64,000 bases of DNA from Rhodosorus marinus CCMP1338 (GCA_029953675.1 JAMWBK010000001.1:1116001-1180000); one strand, 5' to 3'. Shown: positions 48,135-60,781, counted from the stretch's first letter. Notes: generated from the letters alone by a model not told the origin. Numbers and translations: made by a program.

Positions 48135-49340
48135 GGACTTTACTAGCATAGCCTGAAGCGCTACGCAAGGCGTGAAGATGAACTAATAACGAGGGAGGGA
48201 AGCATGCAACCCCAGGCGCCGATGGCGCGCCTCGGAAAGCATGTCGCTGGAATATCGCCAAAGGGAGACACTTAAACGCCTCAAGAGCGCCAAATATTCA
48301 GTAGGATGCTCAGCAAAACATTTCCGCAACCACTCTAAACCCGACTTATCCACGTGACCAAAGCTTTCCACAATGAATGGCTGGAACCGGTGAGAGCGAC
48401 CCTCAGCGCAAGGCAGACTGGCCATGCTCTCAGCATACCGTCGTTCCTTAACTCTTCGAGGGGCTGAAGCCGCGGCCCCCCGGCGGCGGGCGGCTGCGGT
48501 GAGGTGGGCGCTGGCCACGGGGCAGGTAATCGCAAGGTCCACATATGTTGAGCGTCTGGCAGCAGCGTCGGAGACGAGGAGATCGGCTATACAACGGGGC
48601 GGTGCAGAGTCCGAGATGGATCTGGGCAGTTCCGACTCAACCTCAACCGTATGCCCTATCCGAGTCAAAAATTCGCTGAGGATGTACTTGAGGCGAGTGT
48701 GACGCCTCGTACGGAGACCTCGCAACAGTCCGCAGGAACCCAGGAAGTGGTAGCCACAAGCGTCAATCCGGCTCTCACATCCCTGACAGAAACACGGCCG
48801 ATTAGAGTGCCACGGAGCCTGTGGCAAACCGAGATAGATCCGTGCGGCAGAACGGAACTGGAAAGCATCGAGACGATGACTCAATGACGACGGTAGAGTG
48901 GTTAACCACAAGTGCGAGAGGTGGCCTCCCATGCCGCGGAGACGAGCGGCAGTGGTAGGCGGCGTGAGAGGAGAATTGAGCATGACTGTGTGAGCGGCAC
49001 TGTGTTGGCCCCAGGTGAGGCTATGTTGAATCACATCAGCGCGGGAGCTCCACAATCGGCTCAAACCCGGGTAGTCTGCAACAGGGGACCCGGGGCTAGC
49101 CTCTCCGTCATCGGCAAGAACTCGGTCGAGGGGACAATCCTCAATCGCTTCAGCTCGTCCCCATAACAGCTCCCTCCAGGAACGAAAGCGGGACCGATTT
49201 GCGTCCGGCACGGCGTTGCACCTCCTGAACGCGTGTTGAAGACCATCATAAATTGTCAAAAGCGGGGTTACGTTAGAAACAAAACCCCAATCCTCGACAA
49301 CAACTACTTTACGGACTTTACTAGCATTTCCGACTCCAGA
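48135..49340 (-). mobile_element. CRE-A1 copy 4 (5'-truncated, RLE ORF 48183-49259) inserted in the B RT
   Basis: TSD ttgact at 48129-48134 and 49341-49346; removing the insert restores SRVDLQVNHHKS. Confidence 0.93.
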
Positions 49341-51689
49341 TTGACTTGCAGGTTAATCATCACAAATCGTTCTACTGGGGAGGTGTAGCTGCACAAGAGC
49401 AGTAGGTACCTGCGTCGTTCCAGGATATTTGGAGACCGGATGGTTTTGTCTACTTAGGCATCCCCTACGGGTCGCCGTCCTTCGTTGAAGGCGAGTTGCT
49501 GCAGCTCCTCGGTAAGCACAGACAGCTGGTTGCAGAGCTTCGACGGCTACCTCCGGGCTTTCTCCAGTGCTCGTTGTTGCTGTTTCGGTATTGTTGCAGT
49601 CAGCGGTTAACCTATTGGCTCCGCTCACTTCCAACTCATTGGGGCGGTGGTTGGCCACTCGTGCGGATGCTGAAAGTTTCCGTGACCTTGGGTATTTTCT
49701 CGATGAAGAGCTGAGTGCTCTGTCGCGACCCACCTGTGATGTTGTGCGCGCCCAGGTAGGCCTCCCATTGCGATTGGGGGGACTGGGCCTCTGCAACCGT
49801 GTTGTGGTCCAACCCGCAGCCGCAGTAGGGGCCTGGGGAACCGCACTTCCCACTTTGAGCAGCTTGGGTATCTCAAAGTTCCGCAATTTGATGGCGAGCC
49901 TCTCGCGGGGTGTCTTGCTTCCCAGCGTACCGGAAAGCGCCCAAGACTTGTTTCTGGAGCTCCAAACCGCCCCGAATTCCTGTACTAGTCTCCCCGAAAC
50001 CGTTCAACCCCGTCTTCCTGACTGGCGAGCTGTATTTGACCGCTCTCGAGGCTCCGCCCCGGGGATTCGTCCTGCGCCTGAACCTGTTCTAGGGGAGATT
50101 GACCCAGTGGTTGCCGCAGAAGAAGAAGTTCCAGTTGATCCTCCTGATGATTCCCAGCGCCCTGGGAGCCGAGCTCAAGCACGCACGGATGCGCTGCAAA
50201 ATATCCTTTCTTGGGACTTGCACCGTGCTGCATGGCCGACTCCTCGCGCAGATGGTCTCATCTTCTCGCGCTCGCGCCCGCCTACGTAGTCTTGGAGGGG
50301 TTATTAGCTCTCAGTGGCTCATGACCGTACCAGCCTTTCCGCCACTCACACTGTCGGATTTCGAAGTGCGTACTTCACTGCGCTTATACCTCGGCTTACA
50401 TCAGCCCCCTTGGCCGTACGAGATGGGTTCGTCGTGCCCTCTCTGCTCTCAGACTGAAGACAACGCAGATTTTGGCGCCCACCTGCTCGCTAGTTGCCCG
50501 GCGGTGAAAGGTGCTCGAACCCGCCGCCATACACGGATCTTGAACCTGTTATACCGGGAACTTCGGCCTATAGTCCGGCAAGCCGGTCTGGAAATCGAAC
50601 GTGAGAGACCTTTACCCGTCGCGGACTTTCAAAATGATGAACGCCGTGTAGCCGACCTGGTGATCACCTGTGACGACAGCCGCCGTACCACATACGTTGA
50701 TCTTGCTGTTCCTAACCTTCAAGCTAGTCGTTATCTCCCGGCTGCGGGGGAGCGCCGTGGATTCGCCGCCGCCAGCATGAGACGCCGCAAAGAGATCAAA
50801 TACGCGGGGGCTTTGTCTTCCCCTGGTGTTCGTGCTTCGGCACTAGCCATCGCTTGGTACCCCTGATCATTGAGTGCTTTGGGTTCATGGACTCTGTTGG
50901 TTCTCGCTGGCTTTGGGAGTTGTTCCGCGAACGCCCTGACCGTCTTCAATCGTTGTTTACCCGCTTAAGTTTCCTGCTGTGGCGCATGAATGCCGCTTTG
51001 ATGTTGGAGGCGCGAGTTCTTCGCCGCACTTAGTCTTTTTTTCCCCCCCGGGGTTTTTTTTTTCAGCCTCCGATTAAACCATTCGTTTCGTAATGGTGGT
51101 CGGTATGAAGCAAATATTCTCAAAAAACATCAAACAAAACGTACCAAATCTGTCTTGGATTGCTCTATATTGACGGATACTAGTACATGTGTGGGATGTA
51201 CTAGTACAATTCTTTCTCTTGGCGGTGCAGATGTTCTCCAGGAGATGTAGCCAGAATCGATCGAGGGGGGATTGGTGGATGCGCTTGTAAGGGTCTGCTC
51301 TGGGCGTTTGACTTCCTGGGGTCGGTGACCTAATTGATCCATTGCAAAAGTTCTCCCCTCGTAAAGATTCCTGATATCTAGGTACAAGTTTGACATGAGT
51401 TGGCTACGCGGTCGAAGGCGAGGTTTCTTCCTAGCGAACGACATCTTAGCCAAAGTGCCTCAGTAGAATCCCAACAACGCACAGTAGCAGATGAGGTTGC
51501 GCCTTTTGCATACAACGATTGTTGACGTAAATCTTATTGCATCTCTTTTTTTATTCCGTTTCCTTGTTAAGTTTTTTTTTTGTCAGCGACATAGGACGCT
51601 GTGGGTGTGAGTTTTAGCGCCCGATGATCTCCCTCTTCTCTTCCCTATGCTTCAACCTTGCTAGCAGGAACACTATGTACACGATGGAT

Positions 51690-51960
51690 GAATTTACTAG
51701 CATATATACCTTCGTTCCTTCAGTCGGCGAGGTACAGGAGCTGCTGGCCCCGGCGGAGAGCGGCAGAAGGGAGATGGGTGCTTCACATAGGGCAAGTGAC
51801 AGCGATGTCCACAAATTCTGAGCGTCTGGCGGCTGCCTCCGATACCAAGCGATCTACGATGCAACGCTGGCGCATGGTGGCCGAGGTTGATCGGGACAGT
51901 TCCGATTCACCCTCAACCGCGTGGCCAACTCTGTTCAAATGTTCACTCAGGATGTACTCA
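51690..51960 (-). mobile_element. Diverged A-type RLE remnant joined directly to a tail
   Basis: YILSEHLNRVGHAVEGESEL..RCIVDRLVSEAAARRSEFVDIAVTCP; ends GAAGGAACGAAGGTAT-ATATGCTAGTAAA. Confidence 0.75.
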
Positions 51961-52328
51961 CCAAAAATTGGCTAGTTGCGTTGATCAAACGACTCGGTAT
52001 GGACAATGGATCCCTGTTGCCAAAGGGCCGAGGGCGCGTGTTGAAAGGTTCAGGGTATGCGAACTTCACCACAGCGGTGATGGAGGGTCGACATTTTCCA
52101 TTGTATTAGCGGCTTCGAACATTAAGAGTGCTTAGTGAATGCATTTCGTGCAATTGTAGGTGCTCAGGCATGTTAGGGACAGCCAAGATTCCAACAACCG
52201 GGATGAATTTACAACGTATTTTTAATATCAATGCTCGTACCTAAGAACCTAAAATAGTTTTTGTACCGTGTTTTTCCCCAAGAAGAGCCTCCGTCGTCCT
52301 CTCCGTTGCTGAGCAGTATTGCTGGCGA

Positions 52329-53723
52329 TCAGGGCTTGGGCAAGACAATGATTCCCAGACACTTTGCCCTGATGAAAGCGCCGAAATCGGGTGACCTGAT
52401 GGTGAAGGTATTGCCGAAGATGCCCTTGTACTGGAGAACCAGCTGACTGTACACGGCCTTCTCTGACAACGGCGCTCCCTTGATGACGTGTGAGATGGCT
52501 GGGGAGACCGTTCCTGCCAACAGGTACGACCACTTGACGGTTTCGCTCGAATCGCCGTCGGAAAAGTCGATTCTCGCGTCGATAGAGACCGGACCGGCGA
52601 CCGAGAACTTGGCGGTGAAGGGGAACGAGTATGAGCAGAATTTGGCAACAGTGGCGTCGTCCGGGGAGAAGGAAATGAGCTTGACGTAGCTGTGGTCGAC
52701 CCACTTTCGGTACCTCGTTTTCATGCACAGGTAACCTCTCCTGCTGTAGTACCAGCTCTTGACTCTCAGGCTCGACTTGACCCACTTCTCTACGTCCTTG
52801 GACTTGGGAGGCTTGGGATAATTGAAGCTCAGCGCTCGTTTATGGTAGTACTCTGTGAGCTCCTTGAGGATTCTCTGGTTGAGCTTCTTCATAACCAGCT
52901 TCTGGAACGTCTCCTTCTTAATCTGAGAGATCAGGACGTCTTCCATGGCATCCTTAATCCTCGAGGTGTAGGCTGAAATACCACCGCCAAGGATCAAGTC
53001 GGTGTTTGCGACAATCCACGGGTGCAAGCTAATGTTGAAATCAAAGTCAACGAAGGAGTAGGTGAGAAGTCCCTCGTATCCGTCCTTGGGGTCGGTATTG
53101 ATCTTCATGTAGATGCGGGTAACAATGTTCTTCATCTGACCAGTGTACTTCTGCTTGTTCTTGGAGCACGGCTTCTTCTTCTTCTTGTCGGTGCAACCCA
53201 ATCGGAACTCCTTGCCGTTCGTCTCCGAGTCGATGGTGACCACGACATGGGCGTCGCCACTTCCAAGGTTCACGACGGCGATGGAGACTTCATCGCTTCG
53301 AATGTCGTCGAGGTAGCCCTCATAGTACTCCTTGACGGAAAGCGGAAACAGCGGGATTTTCTCCTCCTCGGTCGCAGGCAAGTTAATCAGCTTCTTCTTC
53401 CCGTCAGGCATCTGGAAGTAGCTCCCATTCTTATCCAGAAACTTCTTGTTCAAGCCACGCCACTTGCCGTAGTTGTCCAGACGGAGCTTAATGTTCTTCA
53501 GCTTCTTCAAGTCGGCGCGCACTTTGTTCACCGGGATGCACACCGTATCTTCGACGTACGGATAGATCGGAATCGGAATCTGCGGGGGCACGAGGATATC
53601 CGGTGGAAAGACCACCTTCTCCAACACGCGCTCCGACGTCTCCGACCCGCCAACTGCAACCGACGTCACATTGGACACCAGCGCTGCCGCAAACGCCAAC
53701 AAAACAAACACGAACCTCGCCAT
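52329..53723 (-). CDS. 464-aa Lys-rich secreted protein of unknown function
   Basis: Signal peptide MARFVFVLLAFAAALVS; long intronless ORF with strong C/G third-position bias. Confidence 0.85.
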   Translation of the reverse strand: MARFVFVLLAFAAALVSNVTSVAVGGSETSERVLEKVVFPPDILVPPQIPIPIYPYVEDTVCIPVNKVRADLKKLKNIKLRLDNYGKWRGLNKKFLDKNGSYFQMPDGKKKLINLPATEEEKIPLFPLSVKEYYEGYLDDIRSDEVSIAVVNLGSGDAHVVVTIDSETNGKEFRLGCTDKKKKKPCSKNKQKYTGQMKNIVTRIYMKINTDPKDGYEGLLTYSFVDFDFNISLHPWIVANTDLILGGGISAYTSRIKDAMEDVLISQIKKETFQKLVMKKLNQRILKELTEYYHKRALSFNYPKPPKSKDVEKWVKSSLRVKSWYYSRRGYLCMKTRYRKWVDHSYVKLISFSPDDATVAKFCSYSFPFTAKFSVAGPVSIDARIDFSDGDSSETVKWSYLLAGTVSPAISHVIKGAPLSEKAVYSQLVLQYKGIFGNTFTIRSPDFGAFIRAKCLGIIVLPKP

Positions 53724-56700
53724 CGTCTTCAGCTCTTCCTAGTTAAGAATCACTAGTCACTTGCCTCCTTCTCGCCCAACCTCCCATTCACAAGCTAGCA
53801 TCCCATTCCACAGGTTATATATCCATCGCCGGCTCAAGTCAACCAGCTGACAAATCACCACCACACTATCCGGGTGGCAAAAAGGCTAAAACCCGAACAT
53901 AATCCCCCTCTAATCCCCCCCTCCGGGGCACCATCACAAACACCCCACGAGATAGAAAAATTTGGCTTTCACTCACCAACCTGAAAACGACGCTAAACCA
54001 TCGCTGCTGTCAAAATGCTTAGCCACTTCCGGTTGTTTTTGCTCATCGTCTTCGGGAAACTATGGAAACAAAAGGGACTAAAAAAAAAGAAAGAGAGAAT
54101 ACTTTTCACCCAGTGAAACAAAACAACTTCCATTTTATCCTTTAGTTTAATTTTTCTCACTGCTCTTTCAAAACGGTAGGTTCAAGAGGGCTTATTTTTA
54201 TTATAATATATCCATATATGCCACGTGTCTTTAGTGGCGAATTGTGAGGTTGATCTTTTTTAATTTATAGATATATTTTTGTCTACAAATGGATTTTGTT
54301 AATGTAATTTCGATGGTTTTGATTTTTATTCTTATTTTATAGAGAGTTTGAACGGGGACGGGGGGGTTAGGGTAGAATCTTTTGAAGGTGCGGTTTTGGG
54401 GGGGAGGGTAAGGGGGGTGACAGATACGTTAGTTCTGTGTACTGTTCTGTACTGTTGCATGTTTTTGGGAAATGCCGACGACTATTTGAAGGGCTCTTGA
54501 CCGCACTGAGGACGATTTACACTCTAAAATAATACACCCTAATGCACTAATAAACCTGGGGCTGAACAGGGAATCCTGTCTCTAGGTACGCATGGCCCCG
54601 CAATAACGTGTGATTGTCAAGAAATAGTTAGTACCAGTTATGGGGTTTCAATGCGCTTGCATGCAGGAGTCCCACTACGACGGTCGGTTTGCGACAGAGC
54701 ATCTGCATCATCGCAGCTCTGCTTACTACAAGTCATCGGTTTTCTCAAATTCCCGGCCTGACTACCCGTTGAAGGTTTTGGACTACTTGAGCCCGTGGCC
54801 AACCCAATCCTGATCCCATTTCGTGAATCCCAGAATTTTCTCGCTCACTACCATTGGGAACAGACCGTACTCTTTAACCTCGTCGAGGGCGACCCTATCC
54901 TCGTTAGCAGCACCTCGACTCCTGCTATCTAAGACGTCGAACATCGCCCATCAACACAACCCTTCAGCGCCTCGAAGCCACCGTTAGTAAACTCATGCAC
55001 GTGGTCACTTACCAACAACTCTTCATCCTATAATCGTCAACGAAAGCCTACCCCCATTTCCGCCCTTTCCCCCCCCGCCCCCTTCCTTCGTTCTGCAACA
55101 GAAATATGTCATATTCTAGTCTAAAAGGAAACCATAAAAAAAACTACCTCTCTCACAATATTTTAAAGAAACTCTACAAAATAATTAAACAAAAACAAAA
55201 TCTTGGGGTTAATCTTCCCAAAAAGAGCTTCCAATTTTTCGTCGTTGATACTGTAAAATACTATAAATATTCTATAAAACAGATTTTGCCACTTGACTGA
55301 CACTAGATTCACCAATCAGAGAAATGATCCGCTTCGTAGTGGTTAAAAATACTTCTATTTGAATTTATTGCATACGGATCAAATCTCGGATCGGGGGAGT
55401 TGTCATCTGTCAGCAAAAAACTGTATTTAATCGATCCGGGTGTTTGTTGTATAAACAATGAAAATTATGAAGATACTCGCAATACTTCATAAATAATATT
55501 CTATATGAATATATTGTCTATGAAAATATATTATTTATAGAATGACTGCTCCCCTCCACGCAATCAAATCATACCAATCGTTTTGATCCTCTAAATATTT
55601 CCATATTTTCAAGATCGCTCAAAAAGGATATCGAATTTAGAGGCGAATTTTCGCGGCACGCTCTAGTCTACATTCATATTATGAAAACTTCCAAGCCAGT
55701 TTCCAAAATCTGAAACAAAATTTCATAAAAAGACAATACATATTACTAATAAAATATATTTCTAGAGGGATACCAGTGAACTTACCAATGAAAACCTGAC
55801 AATCAACAAAATATAGTATTTTATGGCTATCCAATAAAGATGCAACCCGAATTGTGTATATAATTAATTTAATGTGTTTGATGGGGTAGAATATTTGGAT
55901 ATATGAATGAACTCTGTGTTTGAATATTGGTTAAAATATTATGGTCTAGGTTAGTTCAGTAGAATAGAAGAGGATTGAGGACAGAGGGAGAGGGGGAAGA
56001 GGTTCTTTGTAGGGGCTGAGGTGGCTGACGGCGGCGAAGGGGGAGCCCTTTTATTTTTGTTTTTTTTTGTTTTTGGTGGGGTGGGATGGTGTGGGAGATG
56101 TTGAAAAGCTTCGTTTTCCCGTCCCGGCAGCCCCCGCGCTTGCGGGGGAGATGACATTTCGTAGCCTGGTGAATGCTACTCGCCGACAGCAGGGATGGCG
56201 GGGGTTCGTTTGGGAGGGGAGGAATGGGGTGTTGATTTCTGGTTGCATTGGCTGTGTTGACGTGGGCGGAGTGGCGGTATATGTAGAACGGCGGTCTCGT
56301 CTTTTGAATTGTTGAGTTGGACTTTACTTTGAGACGTGGGGGCACAGACAAACCCTGCGTGGAGGAGCCAATAGACCCGATTTGATAGTGATAGTGACCG
56401 CGACATCTGCCTTTCCCGTTCAGTTGGTGCTCAGAACCCATGAGATCTCGAGGGACTCTTTCGCCTCGTACTGCGACGTTGTTGAGTAGATTGATTCACT
56501 GATGCGGCCATGCCATGTCGGGAGCGAACAGACTTACGTGGTGCGCCTCTCTGGTGATGAACTGACGAGAGCACGATTTGCTGTTTGAGCCGCATGACAT
56601 TGGTATTGCCTGCTACTGCTCAGCTGAATCGTCCGTTGCATGCTTGTGTGTATCTGTGTCAACGAGTCTGTGTTCGGGAGGAAGTTTTGGGTCCGTTAAT

Positions 56701-57749
56701 TTCATCAGGAGAAAGTCAGATTTCGCATAGACTCCCGCATGGTGATGCTCTGACCCAAAACTAGCCTCTGCTTTTATGCCGCCTCGGCGTGAAATTTGAT
56801 ATTCTCGAGTGCGTCTACAGACCAAGACTTGGCTTGTATTGCAAGGACAGTCGACACCGCATGGACTAACAATAGACTGAATGGCAGTGGTTATCGCGAC
56901 TAGGTTTCCGACGCATAAGAAAATGTCACAGACCCTCTGTTTCGAGACTTGAGCTCACGCATCCGCCAGCTAACCATTATTCTTGTCCTGTGAGCCATTT
57001 AGATAAGTCCTTCAAATCTCTAGATCTGAAACGTCCCAGGAAATGCTCTACCATTCACAGATCCAGATCGAACTATACTATAACCGTTCCTCTTCAAGGA
57101 ACTTGTTGACCATCTTGACATTGGTCGTAATCAAGCTCTCTGTGCACGGCTTATTACTGGTTGCAAGTGGTCGTCGTGCGTTGGGACGAGGCTGCAGTCC
57201 TGGTACACTCGAATGCGCAACTTGTGCAGATCTATGTACCTAAAAGCTAGAAACTTGAATTTCAGGGAAACGCTCTTCGCTTTCTTGGACTCGGCAGGCA
57301 GACATCGGCGCGGCCTCGGTAAACTTTGCGTCGTGCGCAACCTTCGTTTTCTCATAACTCCTCACCCGCACGCTCTTGCACATGTTCACCCGGCAGGTTA
57401 GCGCCTTCTTCCTCCCACTTAAATCCTTAGAATTTCCTCTGATCTATCGACGCTTACCATACGAGAAACAATCAGCAGCTACAGCCCTAGCTCCGGCTTC
57501 GGCCAGACCAGAGCCATCGCCCCACCGACTATGAGCAGCAGAAGCCGCTCTTGCGCGCGGGTGGCGAGGTATGAAAAAACGGGAATCATCAGGTTTGCGC
57601 ACAACGGGAAGTTTAGGACGGAGACCAAAACTTCCCGTTGTGGGCAAACCTGAGGATACCCTTGGACCTTAGTCACCTTTTGCTTCAAGTCTATCATCTA
57701 CGTCGAAGACTCAACTTCCACTTAAATACCGAAGCTAGCCTCGGTAGCT

Positions 57750-59528
57750 GACTTCCGTAACGCGTTCAACAGCGTCTCGCGGACGCATGCTTTGGAGGTG
57801 ATTCGCAGGGTATTCCCGGAGGCGTGGCCGTTTCTGTCCGGTATTTACGGAGGAGGGAGCTTCCCTTACTTGACAACGCAGGGCTCTGTTTTTGCAGCAC
57901 GTACTGGCGTTCAACAGGGTGATCCTTGCGGGCCGGTACTTCACGCATGTGCCTTGCAGCTCGTGCTCCAGCGACTGGCGGCTGAGGTGTCGGAGCTTCG
58001 CATATGTGCCTACCATGACGACGTGACGTTGCTGGGCACTCCTGAGCACTTGGCTCGGGGACTGACCCAGATCGAAGCACTCGCACGTGGAGTAGGTCTA
58101 ACCGTGGAACCCGAAAAATTCCGTTTCTTCGGCCGGCTCGCGTGAAGTTTCGAGGGGCTCCCTACCACCTAGTCTCCGAGCCTTTGGTGAACATGTGGGG
58201 CTCGAGCACCATGGCGTCGGTTTGGGGAGTGACAACTTTGTCCAAGACTCTTGCGAACGAGTTTTAACGCGCCATAAGCAGCTCACCGACGCCATTGAGC
58301 GCCTACCGGATAGCATGCTCCAATCGGCCTACCTGCTCTCCCGCTTTTGTGACGGCCCCCGACTGAATTGCGGGCTGCGAAGCCTTCCACCGCACGGGGG
58401 CTCTTGGATGGCATCCAAGGCGGACGAAGCGACTCTGAAGCACTGGGAAACGCTCCTGGATGAACCCCTGGATGAACCCCTGGATGCGTAAGCGGCTCTT
58501 GACAGGGACCTAATTCGTGGCCCCTACCTTTACGATTAGGCGGATTTGGAGTGGCCGACCGTGGACTTGTATGCTTGGCAGCGGCGGTCGGCTCCTGGGC
58601 AACCGCGCTTCGCACCTTGGTGAGTTTTTGGATGCGAAGTGCTTGCCTTTTGGCTAGAGCACTGACTAGTGAAGATCCCGTGACACTTCCGCCGCCGCTT
58701 TTGAGTATCGATGATGCTCTAGATCAGGCGTTCAGTAAGTGCAACGCCGTGCCGGACGAGAGTCGATCCAGATTTCGCTCCTGGAAGGAGCTGTTATGGG
58801 GACGAACTGAGGCGCTCGAGGACTCTTCCATAGACAGAGTACTCGCCGGCGAGGGGGAAGCTAGCCCCGGGTCACCGGTTGCCGATTACCCGGGTCTGAG
58901 CCGATTGTGGAGCTCGCGCACTGATGTGATTCAACATAGCCTCACCTGGGGCCAACACAGGGCCGCTCACGCAATCTTGCTCAACTCTCCACGCACACCG
59001 CCTACCACCGCCGCTCGCCTCCGCGGCATGGGAGGCCATCTTTCACATTTGTGGTTAACCACCCTGCCGTCATCACTGGGTCACCGTCTGGATGCCTTCC
59101 AGTTTCGCTCTGCCGCACGGATTTACCTGAGTTTGCCACAAGCTCCGTGGCACTCTAATCGGCCGTCTCTCTGTCAGGGATGTGAGAGTCGGATCGATGC
59201 TTGTGGTTACCATTTCTTAGGTTCATGCGGACTGTTGAGAGGTCTTCGTACGAGGCGTCACACTCCCTTCAAGTACATTCTCAGCGAATGCTCACTCGGG
59301 TAGGGCATACGGTTGAGGTGGAGTCGGAACTACCCAGATCGGTCTCGGATGGGGCACCGCCGCGCTGTATCGCAGATCTCCTCGTCTCCGATGCTGCCGC
59401 CAGACGCTCAGCATATATTAACCTCGCGAGTACATGCCCTGTGGCAAGCGCCCATCTAACGGCTGCCGCCCGCCGCAGGGGAGCAGCTGCTTCGGCCCTT
59501 CGCCGAGTGAAGGAACGACGGTATGCTG
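57750..59528 (+). mobile_element. CRE-A2 degenerate copy, truncated at both ends
   Basis: FRNAFNSVSR..AYHDD..RLE; stops at GGTATGCTG. Confidence 0.9.
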
Positions 59529-60190
59529 GGAAGGGAGGAGGGTGGGGAAGATGTGAACCGGTTGTTAGTCTCGGGTTATTGTGACGGAGTTCGTATTGGC
59601 TACTCGGGTGAAAAAGTCGTGACGGAAGGGGAAGGGCTTGCAACGAAACCCTGCAGCCTTCAGTCGGCAGTTACCTAACGCAACAAAGCTCACTCCAGGC
59701 GCTCTTGACATACCCAAAGCCCCTGTCCATGGATGTCATCTAAAGCCTAACGTCTATCTGAACGAACGAAATAGATCAAAGCGATCCCAGACTAATGAGA
59801 TCGTGTGAATGATTTATGGTTGGAGGAGATTGAGTTTGGTAGGTTGCTGGTGTGTGTGTGAAAAAGTCGAGGGCAAAGGGTGGGCGTCCAAAGCTTGGAA
59901 ACCAATAAGCACCAGCTGCTGTTGCTTTTTTTGGAAGGCGGATTCTGATCGTCATGTGAAAAACATACTGCGTGGATGGATACGAGAGCGGATCGAAGGA
60001 AGGGAGCCTTGGAGGGGTGAGACTATAAAAAGTTTAATCTCATCTGGGGATGGAGCTGTGTTATAAGGAGAACTGAGAGCGTGGCAGCGGCGAGGGGAGG
60101 CGGTGTGCCTTTGGTTGTTTTTTTTGCTCCGTGGGATGTAAGAAGTTATCGTACGGCTGGAACTAGTCGTAATTCAGACTAGTTCCATGG

Positions 60191-60753
60191 ATGCAGACAG
60201 CCATAATGTTGTGTTTCAAGTTTCTCTTGGAGCTTCTGATGCTTTTGCTTGGTGCGTTCCGGAATTCCTCAAGGTTTTGCAACGATTTCAGCTGCAGAGA
60301 CATTTGCAATGTCGGCACCACATGCAAGCCGGATCGGTTGAAGTTCGACAGGGAATGTGACGACCCGTACTGGTTTGAGGTCGGCCTGGAGACAATGGAT
60401 CCGGAAGTTTGGTGCACACAGTGCTGTGATGCAGACTGCAACGCAGTGCAGAGTTTTCCAAACTGCACTGGTGAGATATGCAACCAATGTTATGATGGGT
60501 CCAACGGAAGCGAATCGACGGAAAGCTGGGGTTCTCATGTAATCTCTCTCGACACCTTAGGTGTAGGGGTTGTTGCGAGAGCGATAAAAACGTGAATTGT
60601 GCTAGTTGTATTCCAAGGCGGGACAAAGTCCAGATCCTCTCGAGATTGTTCAAGAAATTAACCGTCAAATGCAAGACAAGAGAAAACGCAAAATGTGAGA
60701 AAATGCCCGGGGGAATCGTGAAAATCAACGTGAGCTGTCCGCCGGATAGCTAA
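60191..60753 (+). pseudogene. Cys-rich, possibly secreted ORF with one frameshift near 60500
   Basis: CNDFSCRDIC..WCTQCCDADC..CNQC continues in another frame as FSCNLSRHLRCRGCCESDKNVNCASC..SCPPDS*. Confidence 0.45.
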
Positions 60754-60781
60754 TACCACGTGTCTAGGTTTCATATGGTGA

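Larger units (their letters stand above)
44953..51090 (+). mobile_element. CRE-B near-full copy; ORF1 ~45278-46569 (frameshifted), ORF2 from 46562 to ~51033 (frameshifted, interrupted by A1 copy 4)
   Basis: SPGPSG, QLGVG, VDFTNAFN, GVQQGDP, AYHDD, GFVYLGIPYG, CPLC..HLLASC, RLE; ORF1 stop overlaps ORF2 ATG (ATGTCTGA); CCCCCCGGGG-polyT 3' UTR. Confidence 0.92.

Noticed and set aside
53022-53756. 244-aa plus-strand ORF
   Set aside because: Antisense shadow of the codon-biased 464-aa gene
54500-57450. Possible spliced gene remnants (GTAAGT/ACTAAC near 55000; DFLLMKL near 56700; gag-like text near 57200)
   Set aside because: In-frame stops and no coherent model or recognisable family
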